From: a virus
Lineage: Duplodnaviria > Caudoviricetes
DNA: 54,692 nucleotides
Virus record (IMG/VR): IMGVR_UViG_3300016464_000352
Location: 1-54,692 of that record
Reading direction: 5' to 3' (one strand)
In this document: one piece after another, positions 30,836 to 41,236 of the stretch
Layout: every line of letters starts with the position of its first letter
Position numbering within the stretch: position 1 is the stretch's first letter
The notes under the pieces: model-generated
The model's input: only the letters and a program-made list of their open reading frames with translations
Told to the model about the DNA's origin: nothing
Databases searched by the model: none
Position numbers and translations under genes: made by a program

Positions 30836-31223
30836 GGAATATATGTACAGTTTACCAGAAGGCACGTATGTTATAGGCGATCCTAGTAGGTTATTACTTC
30901 CTGTTGATTATAGGAAATTGACTAAATCTATGATATTTGCTAAAGATAATTGCAAGAATGTTGTTGGAGGAATTTGCCCTAGTGACGATAAAGAGCATAA
31001 ATTTGCATATTATTTCACTTCCAAGGGAATATTATTAGATCAATTTGGATACAAATATATTTGCGATTCTGGTATAATTGCCTGTATTCCTATAGAAATG
31101 CTGACTCATCTGGATTCAGCATTTCTAGAACCATTTAAGTTTTTTGATGAATTTAGAACTTCTTATAATCACGGATTAGTTTATTTTAATCATGTTCAAA
31201 TAAGACCTTATGGAGATTCTTGA
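30825..31223 (+). CDS. Hypothetical protein (LPxGxYxxGD...DSG family)
   Basis: Shares motifs with 41237..41638. Confidence 0.65.
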   Translation: MMIEEYMYSLPEGTYVIGDPSRLLLPVDYRKLTKSMIFAKDNCKNVVGGICPSDDKEHKFAYYFTSKGILLDQFGYKYICDSGIIACIPIEMLTHLDSAFLEPFKFFDEFRTSYNHGLVYFNHVQIRPYGDS

Positions 31224-31771
31224 TGTATATTATTCAAATAATTATGTTAGTTATTGGTTGTTTCAGCATACCTTTATATTTTAGTTCTTATATACTATTG
31301 ACTAAAAATTGGGAATGTACTCAGGCTATTATAGTAGATAAAGACCCGTCTAATACTGAATGTACAGTTTATATGAGGAAAACTATAAAGGATAAAGTTG
31401 AATGAGAAAATATACAAAAAAAATTATTAAACAAATGTGGAATTTTTCAACTCTAGGAAAACATGTAAGATTAAAACATTATAATCCCTGGGTTTGGAGA
31501 AGCTTGGCCAATAAACATAAGATTAAATTCAATGAAATACAGAATCATTACTGATAAAGAATACGTCACTTTCCCTACAGATAGATTGATGAAAATTCAA
31601 GATGTATTAGATTCTTGCGCGTTATTGATAACGGTTTTATCTAGATGTGATATTAAAGATAATATCGTTAAAAGTCAGATTCAAAATTCAATTGAATGTT
31701 TCAAAGTATTAAATGATGATATTGAAGAATCAAAACCGAAAACCAAGCCTACTTTTACAGTGGTAGAATAA

Positions 31772-32029
31772 ATGAAAAAACTTATTGAGTGGATAGCTGT
31801 TATTGTTACTTTATCGGGAGCTATTACTACTTCTATAGGAATAGATCCTATCAATATATATCTACTCAATATAGGTTCTTTTTTGTGGTTCATTTGGGGT
31901 ATTATGGAAGGCAGACCTAGTATTGCTATTGTGAATCTAGGAATGTTATTGATATACTTGTCTGGATTATTACATAGATTAGGTTGGATTGATTTTAATT
32001 ATATTTTAACTAAAATGGGTGAATTATGA
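31772..32029 (+). CDS. Small multi-TM membrane protein
   Basis: Three hydrophobic segments, PINIYLLNIGSFLW. Confidence 0.65.
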   Translation: MKKLIEWIAVIVTLSGAITTSIGIDPINIYLLNIGSFLWFIWGIMEGRPSIAIVNLGMLLIYLSGLLHRLGWIDFNYILTKMGEL

Positions 32030-32143
32030 AAGATATTAAGAGAGATATTACTTGGTACAGCGTTATGTTGTTTAAGTTTGTTATTATGATGATTCCAACA
32101 GTATACTTTGCGGCAGATTTAATTGCCATGAAGATGATTTAAT

Positions 32144-32548
32144 ATGAATACGACTTGCGCACACCCAGAATGTGAAAAAGAAAGAGCGCAAGCAGGATTT
32201 AGACCTGATGGTAAACCGATATACAGAAAAAAATGCGATAAACATTATCGCGAGGAATTAGCTTCTAAGAAAGGATTTAATTCTATAAAAGAATACTATA
32301 ATTCTATACATCCAATAAGAAAACACAAAAAAGATTATTGCGAAAATATAGACGGTAGATTAGGTTTTGTATGTACTTCGGTTATATTGATCAAATCTGT
32401 TCAATTACATGTTGACCACATAGATGGAGATCCTTCTAATGAAAATGTTACCAATTATCAAACTTTATGCGCTTCCTGCCATGCATATAAAGGGGCAATA
32501 AATGAAGATCATAAATCTCCTGGTAGAGTGACTCTAGGATTAAAATGA
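32144..32548 (+). CDS. HNH endonuclease-like protein
   Basis: LHVDHIDGDPSN...NYQTLCASCH. Confidence 0.8.
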   Translation: MNTTCAHPECEKERAQAGFRPDGKPIYRKKCDKHYREELASKKGFNSIKEYYNSIHPIRKHKKDYCENIDGRLGFVCTSVILIKSVQLHVDHIDGDPSNENVTNYQTLCASCHAYKGAINEDHKSPGRVTLGLK

Positions 32549-32605
32549 CTTTACTTTTTTAATCGTTTAAGGTAAAATTGATTCATAAGTCGATTGGAGG
32601 TTGAT

Positions 32606-32863
32606 ATGAAAACTGAAAGGCGCGTTGTTACTTTTAAGAGATGTTACTTTGATTTTGTAACACACGAAGTAAAAGTAACGCGCATCGGAGATGGTTGGAA
32701 CGTCCGTATCTATACCAACGGAGAAGTTAATCAAGAAACAAGAGTTTATGATCGTACGAGAATTGGTCCAGTAGCAAGAGAAATGCTTCGCTGGGAAGAT
32801 AAATGCGGCAATATTTCTAAGGCCGCATCTGCAGCTAGAAAAAGAATGTCTAATAAATTTTAG
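32606..32863 (+). CDS. Hypothetical protein
   Basis: GGAGG RBS before MKTERR; early promoter upstream. Confidence 0.6.
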   Translation: MKTERRVVTFKRCYFDFVTHEVKVTRIGDGWNVRIYTNGEVNQETRVYDRTRIGPVAREMLRWEDKCGNISKAASAARKRMSNKF

Positions 32864-32873
32864 GATAATATAA

Positions 32874-33638
32874 ATGAATATCAATAATTTTTTTGAATCT
32901 CTTGCTGCTAATAATTCTCGTAATTTCAAGCTGGATACTTTGAAAGCTCATTCTGATAATAAATTATTGAAAGAAGTGATTCGGCTTGCGCTCGACCCTT
33001 TTACGAATTTCTATATTCGTAAAATTCCAGCTTATACTATATCTGGATATAATAGATCGCTGGATGAAAGTATTGAAATGTTAGGGCAATTATCTACCAG
33101 AGTTCATACTGGAAATGCTGGTATTCAGTTTTTAACTGATATTCTATCAAATTCTATGGAAGGAGATGATAAGGTTATTGAACGCATTATTAAAAAAGAT
33201 TTGAAATGCGGAGTATCTATATCTACTGCTAATGCGGTATGGCCTAATCTTATTCAGGAATATCCTTGTATGCTTTGTTCTCAATATGAGGATAAGTTAG
33301 TTGATAAGATTAAATATCCAGCATATGTACAATGTTTGTCGTCAGATTGGATTATAGAAACTGACAAAGGAAAGTTCACTATAAAAGATATAGTAGAAAG
33401 TAATGATGATTTTTTGGTTAAATCTTATGACGTTAAATCTAATGTTATCCAATATAATAGGGTTTTAGGAAAATCTAAAACCCCTAATATATCGAAACAA
33501 TGGTTTATTATAACCCTAGAAGATGGAACAGTATCAAAACCAATAACTGGAGACCATTTAGTTTGGTGTGAAAATAAAAAAAATTATATCAGAGTGGATG
33601 AATTGACAGATGAAGATTCGGTTTTGTATTTTTCATAA
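32874..33638 (+). CDS. lig: ATP-dependent DNA ligase N-part fused to split N-intein (33333..33635)
   Basis: T4 gp30-like RIIKKDLKCGVS, YPCML, YPAYVQ then CLSSDWIIET block A and ITGDH block B. Confidence 0.92.
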   Translation: MNINNFFESLAANNSRNFKLDTLKAHSDNKLLKEVIRLALDPFTNFYIRKIPAYTISGYNRSLDESIEMLGQLSTRVHTGNAGIQFLTDILSNSMEGDDKVIERIIKKDLKCGVSISTANAVWPNLIQEYPCMLCSQYEDKLVDKIKYPAYVQCLSSDWIIETDKGKFTIKDIVESNDDFLVKSYDVKSNVIQYNRVLGKSKTPNISKQWFIITLEDGTVSKPITGDHLVWCENKKNYIRVDELTDEDSVLYFS

Positions 33639-34420
33639 AACCGTTTTAATGCTATTTCGTCGCTTTTATGATAAGTTTTAGATAAAATTTTTGCTATTCT
33701 ATCAAAATTTGGAGTATTTGGATATCTTCCTGTTGTATTATAATTTAATTGGTCTGAAAGTTGGAATTCTATTTTTAATATCAATTCTCCCACAGAATTC
33801 GAGTTAAATCTTAATAGTTTCATTTCTAACTTTTTTAATGAACTAGATTTTCCGCGTTTTGCTGCTAAAATTGGATCTTTATTAGAATATACTAAATCAG
33901 GACGAGTTTTCCCGTACATAGAATTATTTTCTCCAAAATTGTTTGAAAAGTATGTTTGTTTAGTATATTCTGAATGTTTTTTACCCAACATTCCTCTAGG
34001 ATGACCGTGTTTTGAAATATATGATTTTGTATTTTCGGAGGACTTTTTTGCTATTTCTATCCTAATAGATTCATATAATCTTGATGTTAATTTTATTGAT
34101 TTATCTCTAAACTTGCTAGATGATATGATACGATTTAAACCGAATACAATATTGGAATTTGGATATGCCTTCGCTAACATTAAATGAGCTAATAGATGTT
34201 GTCTACCAGTTAATTTTATTTTATTCCAAGGGTTAACGTTAAACGATTTATACTCAGGAAATAAATCTTTTGCTTTTGGGCAAATGTGATGATTCTCTGT
34301 ATAAACTAATTTTGAAATTTGTTGATCATACAAAGATGATATGAATTTCCAATATCTATTAAGATAATGCGGATTATGATATTTTGATGATAGAATAGAA
34401 TAAATATCTTTGCTGGACAT
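33584..34420 (-). mobile_element. Free-standing HNH homing endonuclease with NUMOD3-like motifs
   Basis: YTENHHICPK...N...LTGRQHLLAHLML; GMLGKKHSE; GENNSMYGK. Confidence 0.85.
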
Positions 34421-34494
34421 AATCGTTCTCCTCGAATGATGTAAGAAATATGTTTAGTGGTAGTGGAGATTGCCGTCTCGCGACTACCATTTTG

Positions 34495-34523
34495 TTTACT
34501 TTTATACTATTTTGTAGTATAAT
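34495..34523 (+). promoter_or_regulatory. Early promoter for ligase C-part
   Basis: TTTACT-N17-TATAAT. Confidence 0.7.
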
Positions 34524-34558
34524 GTATTTATTGAAATTAAAATTTCAGGGCATTAATT

Positions 34559-35500
34559 ATGATAAAAAAAGTGAAAAAAATCGAAAAGATTAATTCTGAT
34601 AGTTTTCTATATGATATAGAAGTAGAGCATACTAATAATTTTTTTGCGGATGGAATTTTAGTTCATAATTGCAAGGCTGACGGAATGAGATTTAACGCTA
34701 TCGTTCGCAATGGTACTGTTGAATTTCGTACTCGTAATGGTAAAGAATTAGATTTGCTAGGGAATCTAACTGAAGAATTCATTTATCTGTCTGATGGAAA
34801 AGATATTGTTTTTGATGGAGAACTTCTTGTTAAAGATAATGGAATTATATTAGACAGAAAAACCGGAAATGGTATTCTTATGAAGGCTCAACGCGGAACT
34901 CTTTCTGATAAAGAGGCTTCTATGGTAAATGCTGTTATTTGGGATTGTATTCCTTACGATAAGTTTATCTCTGGTAAAGATACTACTAGATATTGCGATA
35001 GAATTGAACCCATCACTACCTATTCTCTTCCGGAAAAGATTTCTTTTATAACAAATACAGTTGTATTTAATCTAGAAGAAGCTAGAACTATTTTTGAAGA
35101 ATATCTTGCTGAAGGTCAGGAAGGTATTATCCTGAAAGATATTAATGGTATTTGGGAAGATAAAAGATCAAAGACTCAGATTAAATTTAAGGGCGAATTA
35201 GAATGTGACCTTAAAATTGTAAGTATTCAGGAAGGTACTCCGGGAAGTAAATATGAGGGAATGCTTGGAGCTTTGACTTGTGAATCATCGGATGGTATTA
35301 TTAATGTTGGCGTTGGTTCAGGTTTTAATGACGATCAAAGAAAGAAATTGATTAATGAAAATTTAATTGGTAAAATTGCTGCGGTAAAGTATAATAGCCG
35401 TATCGTAACTAAAACAGGCGAACATTCTTTATTCCTTCCAATCTTTGTTGAGATTAGAGAAGATAAAGATGTAGCTGATTCTAGTGGAGATATTAAATGA
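34559..35500 (+). CDS. lig: Split C-intein (37 aa) fused to DNA ligase C-part
   Basis: YDIEVEHTNNFFADGILVHN/C then KADGMR motif I, FDGEL, EGIILK, VGSGF, SLFLPIFVEIREDK. Confidence 0.93.
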   Translation: MIKKVKKIEKINSDSFLYDIEVEHTNNFFADGILVHNCKADGMRFNAIVRNGTVEFRTRNGKELDLLGNLTEEFIYLSDGKDIVFDGELLVKDNGIILDRKTGNGILMKAQRGTLSDKEASMVNAVIWDCIPYDKFISGKDTTRYCDRIEPITTYSLPEKISFITNTVVFNLEEARTIFEEYLAEGQEGIILKDINGIWEDKRSKTQIKFKGELECDLKIVSIQEGTPGSKYEGMLGALTCESSDGIINVGVGSGFNDDQRKKLINENLIGKIAAVKYNSRIVTKTGEHSLFLPIFVEIREDKDVADSSGDIK

Positions 35501-35802
35501 ATTCAAACAAATACGAATGGATTCCTAAAGGAAATGATAGTATTCTAGTTGAAATAGAAACTAAGCGAGTAGTTGGTAGTATTATTAATGGATATGTTTG
35601 GGAAGCTTCGGTTGAAGATAGTGGCTGGAAGAGTAGATATACAGAATACTATTCAGCAAAAAAAGCAGTAGAAAAACAGATAGATATTAATGATAAGAAT
35701 AATAGTTCGTTTTGGTGGCTATTATCTATTATGGTAGGATTGGCTGTTATAAATGATTGGGAAAACATTTCCGATTATTTTTCTAGAGTATTTAACCTAT
35801 AA
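35497..35802 (+). CDS. Hypothetical protein with C-terminal TM
   Basis: ATGA overlap with ligase. Confidence 0.6.
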   Translation: MNSNKYEWIPKGNDSILVEIETKRVVGSIINGYVWEASVEDSGWKSRYTEYYSAKKAVEKQIDINDKNNSSFWWLLSIMVGLAVINDWENISDYFSRVFNL

Positions 35803-35818
35803 TAAATGGTATTTGAAT

Positions 35819-36100
35819 ATGAATGAATATATTAGAAATCATTGTATTCCAGTAGTTTGGCGGAATACTATTAAAGAAAAACTAAATAAGACGGTATTTG
35901 GAGAAACTGTCTTAACGATAAAGAAATGTAATACTTGCCTTGAATATCAACCTGTAGTAAACTTCTACTTGTCATCAAAACCAAAGAAGTTTCAGAGTCA
36001 ACCTCTTCGCGATCAATGTTGCGAATGTTGGGATAAATATAACGGCAAAACTAATTTAGAAGAAAAATTAGAAGATTTTTCTCTGGATATATTTTATTAA
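35819..36100 (+). CDS. Cys-rich zinc-finger hypothetical protein
   Basis: CNTC...FY...CCEC. Confidence 0.55.
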   Translation: MNEYIRNHCIPVVWRNTIKEKLNKTVFGETVLTIKKCNTCLEYQPVVNFYLSSKPKKFQSQPLRDQCCECWDKYNGKTNLEEKLEDFSLDIFY

Positions 36101-36405
36101 CAAAAATGGAGATATTATGATATTAGATTTAGATATTAACGAAGTAAATAAAATTCTATCAGTATTGGGCCAGGCTCAATATGTTCAGGTTGCTGAATTG
36201 ATTGATAAGATTCGCATTCAGGTCATTCCTCAGATCCAGCAAGCAGAACCTCAGATCCAGCAAGCAGAAGCTGAGACTCAAGTTACAGAGTAACAATCCC
36301 CCTCTTGCCCAGAGATAAGAAAAGATTTCTGGGCATATCTCTACGCTTTACTTCTAGTTCACGATTAGTTATACTAGTCGGCGTTGGATACTTTACGAGG
36401 TAAAT

Positions 36406-37392
36406 ATGAATTACGAGACACTTTCCGCGACCCGCAGGCAGTTCGTTGACGCAGCGATAGAGGTATTCCCTCATTTAACCGATCGAATCACCAGGAGAGA
36501 GATTGAGGCAACTACAAAGGAGAAGAACGTAAATTGGCCGCAGTGGTTGACCGCTGCTGATAACAGGATTGACAGAAATTTATGGAGATTCCCTATGAGA
36601 GGTGGTATACCAGAAGCACCGAAGGTAGAAGAAAGCGACGAGGAGATATCCGCTAGAATCGCGGAGAAGTACGAGTCTATGGAGACATTGATCGAAGCTG
36701 TTTCCGCGAATACTGTTAATTCTTTGGTTATCGCCGGAGGAGCGGGACTTGGTAAATCTTACACTGTTAATAAAGTCCTGAACGAAGTCAACGACGGCGA
36801 ATACGGATACGTGTTTCATCGTGGATACTTAAAAGCCACGCATTTATTCCGGTTACTCTGGGAGAATCGTAACGCTGGTCAGGTTATAGTCCTGGACGAT
36901 TGCGATATCTGGCACGACGAGACTTCTCTCAATATGTTAAAAGCTGCCCTAGAATTAAAAACCACCCGTAGAATAGGTTGGGGTTCAGAGAAAGAATTCC
37001 TTGATGAAGACGGAGAAGTTATCCCGAGATATTTTGATTACGAAGGCTCTATTATATTCCTGACTAATCTAGCGATTCACGATTTGATCGCAGCTGGTGG
37101 TAAGAATGCTCCGCATTTAACTGCTATAGATTCTCGTTCTCTGGTACTTGACCTTGGTATTAAAACCAAGCGAGAATATATGATAAAGATTAAACAAACT
37201 GTAGAAGCGGGTATGCTTCGCAATAAAGGATTAAACGAAAGAGAAGAGCAATTGATCCTAGAATTTATGGAAGAGAATATCAATAAACTCCGAGAATTAT
37301 CTCTCCGTATGGCCGAAAAGATTGCTTCTCTTTATTTGCTGGATAATACTAAATGGAAGACGTTAGCCAAAACTGTATGCTGTAAGGTATAA
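36406..37392 (+). CDS. AAA-type P-loop ATPase with N-terminal extra domain
   Basis: GGAGLGKS Walker A, IVLDDCD Walker B, IFLTN; TTTACT-N17-TATACT promoter upstream. Confidence 0.85.
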   Translation: MNYETLSATRRQFVDAAIEVFPHLTDRITRREIEATTKEKNVNWPQWLTAADNRIDRNLWRFPMRGGIPEAPKVEESDEEISARIAEKYESMETLIEAVSANTVNSLVIAGGAGLGKSYTVNKVLNEVNDGEYGYVFHRGYLKATHLFRLLWENRNAGQVIVLDDCDIWHDETSLNMLKAALELKTTRRIGWGSEKEFLDEDGEVIPRYFDYEGSIIFLTNLAIHDLIAAGGKNAPHLTAIDSRSLVLDLGIKTKREYMIKIKQTVEAGMLRNKGLNEREEQLILEFMEENINKLRELSLRMAEKIASLYLLDNTKWKTLAKTVCCKV

Positions 37393-37841
37393 TATGTTCA
37401 TCAAAATCGAATCAACTTATTATTTCGTGAATGTTGAAAATAAATCAATCGAACAAATATACCAGGAAATCTTTGGGAGAATGAATAAACAATTCTTGAC
37501 TTCTCAGGAAATAAGGAAAATACATTCAGATATAAGAAAACAAATACATGAAAGAATATAACCAGAAAGAAAAATCTCTGACATTAATCGCTTTCGCTTC
37601 TCTACAATATGCAAATGAACCTGTAACCGAGGAGAATATCTTATTCGAGAAAGATAGAATAGAATCTATAATCCAGGATGACTATATTTCTGGTGAGCCA
37701 ATGGAGTATAATACATTCGTGCTTGATTGGCTTAAGAAGAATGCCCATGAACTTGTCTACACAGGACTCTATGATCAGTGACTTTACTTCCTGAGCTGAA
37801 CCAAGTATAATGCTGCTAATTGATTCGCTGGAGAGCAAAAA

Positions 37842-38567
37842 ATGTCTGGCTTTATAATTTATCGTGGCCCTTCTATGATTGATAATAAACCGATCGTGGT
37901 TGTTGCTATCACCAAGAAATCTAAGAATACTAAGACCGGAAATGTAATCCAGACATATATCCTGGTGGATAACGGAATATCCCCAGTGGATAATTATAAT
38001 TCCCTGGCAGACTATTCAATCTGCGGGGATTGCCCTCATCGTAGAGGAATGGGTGGTGGATGTTACGTTAACGTCGGCCATGGACCAAATCAAATAGCAA
38101 AGAAAATCAATAGAAACGGATATGAATTCTCTCTGGAGAAAGCATCTGAGAAATGCTCAGGTAGGACTGTTCGACTTGGTTCCTACGGCGACCCTGCTGC
38201 GGTTCCTATAGGAATGTGGGAGAAATTGCTCGAGAAGTCTGCTAATCATTTAGGCTATACTCATCAATGGAGAAACAAAATAGCAAATGATCATATGAAA
38301 TTCTGTATGGCTTCCGTTGATTCTGAAGAAGAAAGAAAAGAAGCCAAAGCTCTAGGATACAGGACTTTCCGAGTCAGGACCGAAGATGAAGTCCTGATGG
38401 ATTTTGAGTTCGTATGTCCGGCATCTAGCGAAGCTGGTAAGAAAATGCTCTGCGAAAGATGCAAAGCATGTTCCGGCGGAGTTGATACTAACAAGGGCGA
38501 TCCTGTGATACAGGTTCATGGAACATGGAAGAAAAGATTTAGGCAATTCGCTTTACTTCCTGTGTGA
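37842..38567 (+). CDS. Cys-rich GP88-like phage protein
   Basis: ICGDCPHR...CYV, VRLGSYGDPA, GYTHQW, CPAS...CERCKAC. Confidence 0.65.
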   Translation: MSGFIIYRGPSMIDNKPIVVVAITKKSKNTKTGNVIQTYILVDNGISPVDNYNSLADYSICGDCPHRRGMGGGCYVNVGHGPNQIAKKINRNGYEFSLEKASEKCSGRTVRLGSYGDPAAVPIGMWEKLLEKSANHLGYTHQWRNKIANDHMKFCMASVDSEEERKEAKALGYRTFRVRTEDEVLMDFEFVCPASSEAGKKMLCERCKACSGGVDTNKGDPVIQVHGTWKKRFRQFALLPV

Positions 38568-38613
38568 GTCCAAGTATAATATACCCTGATTTGAAGCAAA
38601 CCTGGAGAATATA

Positions 38614-39078
38614 ATGCCTAATTGGTGCTACAACGTCGTTACCTTCCGTCACAAAAACCCAGAAGAAATCGCTAGAATAGCCAAAGCTTCTTCTGATGAA
38701 TTGTTTAATACATTTGTTCCTCGTCCTAAGGAAGAAGATAATTGGTATGATTGGAATCGCGTTAACTGGGGAACCAAATGGGATGCCAATGCAGTTCAAA
38801 TCACATCTCAAGATTCTAATTCGATTAAAGTTTCCTTTGAAACAGCATGGTGCCCTCCAATTGAATTCTATACCACATTGGAAGAATTGGGATTCGAAGT
38901 AGATGCCTTGTATTATGAGCCAGGAATGAATTTCTGCGGTCAATATACAGAAGGATCAGATGACTTTTATGATATACAGGGAGATTCTAATTGGATCAAG
39001 GAAAACATTCCAGAGGAAATAGAAGAGGCATTTGGAATCGTAGATATGGCTCTTGAGATGGAAGAATTGATCGACTAG
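38614..39078 (+). CDS. DUF1281/YubB ferredoxin-like protein
   Basis: MPNWCYN, WYDWNRVNWGTKW, FETAWCPP, YYEPGM. Confidence 0.8.
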   Translation: MPNWCYNVVTFRHKNPEEIARIAKASSDELFNTFVPRPKEEDNWYDWNRVNWGTKWDANAVQITSQDSNSIKVSFETAWCPPIEFYTTLEELGFEVDALYYEPGMNFCGQYTEGSDDFYDIQGDSNWIKENIPEEIEEAFGIVDMALEMEELID

Positions 39079-39142
39079 TTTACTTTGGGCCATGGATGGC
39101 CTATAATACCGGCTTGGTTGGTTACTTATACGGAGCGAGACA

Positions 39143-39496
39143 ATGAAAGTGTTCGTTTATTTCAACCTACACAAGAAGATGTTCTCTATCAAAGCATTAG
39201 AAGGTGAGCACAAGGGACTGGTGATAGGTCATTGCGACGAACTGACGATTTTCAATCCAACTTTCAAAGTGTCCCAGGCAGGTAGGCAAAGAGTATTGCG
39301 CGAACGGAAGAAGAATGTTCATGCGGGAGTGGTTGGGTTTTGGAACGGGTGTCTGGACTCGTTCAATGTAAATTGTAAGACACCTGTTACTTACAATCCC
39401 TACAAATACGATTCCTTCGTATATGCGAGTGATGGTTCTCCTATACAGAGTGCAAGTGTAGCATATCTCACTCATAGAAAGATATTCGTTAATTAA
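39143..39496 (+). CDS. Conserved phage early protein
   Basis: VYFNLHK...FKVSQAGRQRVLRERKKNVHA...YNPYK. Confidence 0.75.
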   Translation: MKVFVYFNLHKKMFSIKALEGEHKGLVIGHCDELTIFNPTFKVSQAGRQRVLRERKKNVHAGVVGFWNGCLDSFNVNCKTPVTYNPYKYDSFVYASDGSPIQSASVAYLTHRKIFVN

Positions 39497-39894
39497 CTGG
39501 AGGCAAAAATGACTTACGACGATTTGTTTAAGAAACTTTCCACCATGACTGATGAACAAAAGATGCAAACTGTAACAGTTCAATTTACAATTGACGATGA
39601 ATTCTTTGCAGTAGAATCTTTGTCTATTTCTGATAGTACCAACAACGTGTTAGATCCTGGTCATTTATATCTGGAAGTGTAATGAAAATGAATCTCTGGA
39701 AAGTATACGTCCCAAATGAATATGATGACGTTCTTATTGATGAGGTGTTCTTTGATCGTTCCTATACAGCGGAAGATGTCAAGAAATCGTTGATTGAACA
39801 CGACGGATACGAATGGAACATTTTTGTTGAATTGAGTTGACTTCTAGTCATGGATGGCTTATACTATGCTCTGACTTGATAACTGGAGACAAAA

Positions 39895-40137
39895 ATGATC
39901 TTTACGCGTGACCATCGTGAACTTCGTCAAGCAACTCTTACCATCCTTGAGATGGTTGATGAGGGTATGCTGGATGCCCGTGATGCCCTAGCTGCTGCCC
40001 TTGGCTATATGACTGACGATGAAGTTGAAGATATGGCAGTGGCAAATGCATTCATGGAATATGCAGACGACGATGATGACTATGATGGTCAACCCGATGA
40101 AGCGACCGAATGGCGCGACTTTGATCCTGACTGTTAG
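39895..40137 (+). CDS. Acidic hypothetical early protein
   Basis: Cassette ORF ending YDGQPDEATEWRDFDPDC. Confidence 0.75.
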   Translation: MIFTRDHRELRQATLTILEMVDEGMLDARDALAAALGYMTDDEVEDMAVANAFMEYADDDDDYDGQPDEATEWRDFDPDC

Positions 40138-40591
40138 TTGACTTTCGGCCATGGATGGCCTATACTTACCCTGTAGTCAAACAAAACCGGAGACTCTGGG
40201 ATGAACGTAGTTTACACATTGAAAGATTTAGAGGGCGCAGTTGTAATAGACAACTGCGCAACACTAAGATTGCTAGACGGCAGCATTGCCGTTTATCAGG
40301 CTGGCCAAATCAACCCCGAGTATAACAAGACTCGGGAATTTTGGGACTACGATGATACATATTCAATCACACTGCCTTGTGAATACTGAGCAACAACCGG
40401 AGACTCTGAGATGGAAAACGTGGTTATTGATTGGGAACTGTCTTGGTATGAACTAGCTGAAATGGAGTGGTGGGAAGCACACCCAAATGCGACCGAGGCA
40501 GAGTTTGAATCTTCTTTCTTCGCACTCTAACTTGACTTTCGGCCATGGATGGCTTATACTATGCTCTGACTTGATAACTGGAGACAAAATA

Positions 40592-40792
40592 ATGAAGAAA
40601 TACCAAGTTGGTATTCGTGAAGTGTATATTCGGTACATAACTGTAGAAGCCGAAAATGCGCAGGATGCAAGAGAGAAAGCAAACGAGGTATTTTGGGAAG
40701 ATGATTCTCCCGATGACGGAGAATACGATTATACCCTAGGATATGATGAATGGCCAGTCTGGGAAGATAAAACAGGAGATCTCGCAGAATAG
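40592..40792 (+). CDS. Hypothetical early protein (VEAENAQDA motif)
   Basis: Start reassigned to ATG after cassette RBS. Confidence 0.7.
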   Translation: MKKYQVGIREVYIRYITVEAENAQDAREKANEVFWEDDSPDDGEYDYTLGYDEWPVWEDKTGDLAE

Positions 40793-40854
40793 TTTACTTT
40801 CGGCCATGGATGGCTTATACTATGCCCTGACTTAAACGCAAAAGGAGAGAAAAG

Positions 40855-41070
40855 ATGGCACAGACTTACGAACAGTATGTAGCAGATGTCAAGAAAGGTA
40901 TTGCAGAACAGGCCTACGGGGAAGAGCTTACTCAAGATATTGCACTCTATTTTGATATTGCTGCGAGTCATCTGTTTTTTCCAGATTTCAAATCCCTAGC
41001 ACAAAAACGCTTTCCAATGTGCAATACTGAGCGGACTTTGATAGAAGCTGTTGCACACACTTTGTATTAA
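40855..41070 (+). CDS. Hypothetical early protein
   Basis: Cassette ORF. Confidence 0.65.
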   Translation: MAQTYEQYVADVKKGIAEQAYGEELTQDIALYFDIAASHLFFPDFKSLAQKRFPMCNTERTLIEAVAHTLY

Positions 41071-41236
41071 AAAGCTGTTGACAAGTGCATAGTGTCCAAG
41101 TATACTATGCACTTACTTACACAGGAGCGAGAGATGACTAAGTTAGAATGGATCAAAGAACTCAGTCTGACTGTTAGTTTACTTTCGGCCATGGATGGCT
41201 TATAATACCCCTGAGTTGATTAACTGGAGACAAAAA

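Noticed and set aside
33584-34558. Group I intron in the ligase
   Set aside because: Intein blocks flank the break and the C-half has its own ATG and promoter; no intron core recognised
36228-36269. 21-bp tandem duplication (PQIQQAE x2)
   Set aside because: In-frame slippage in a small ORF tail; no further structure
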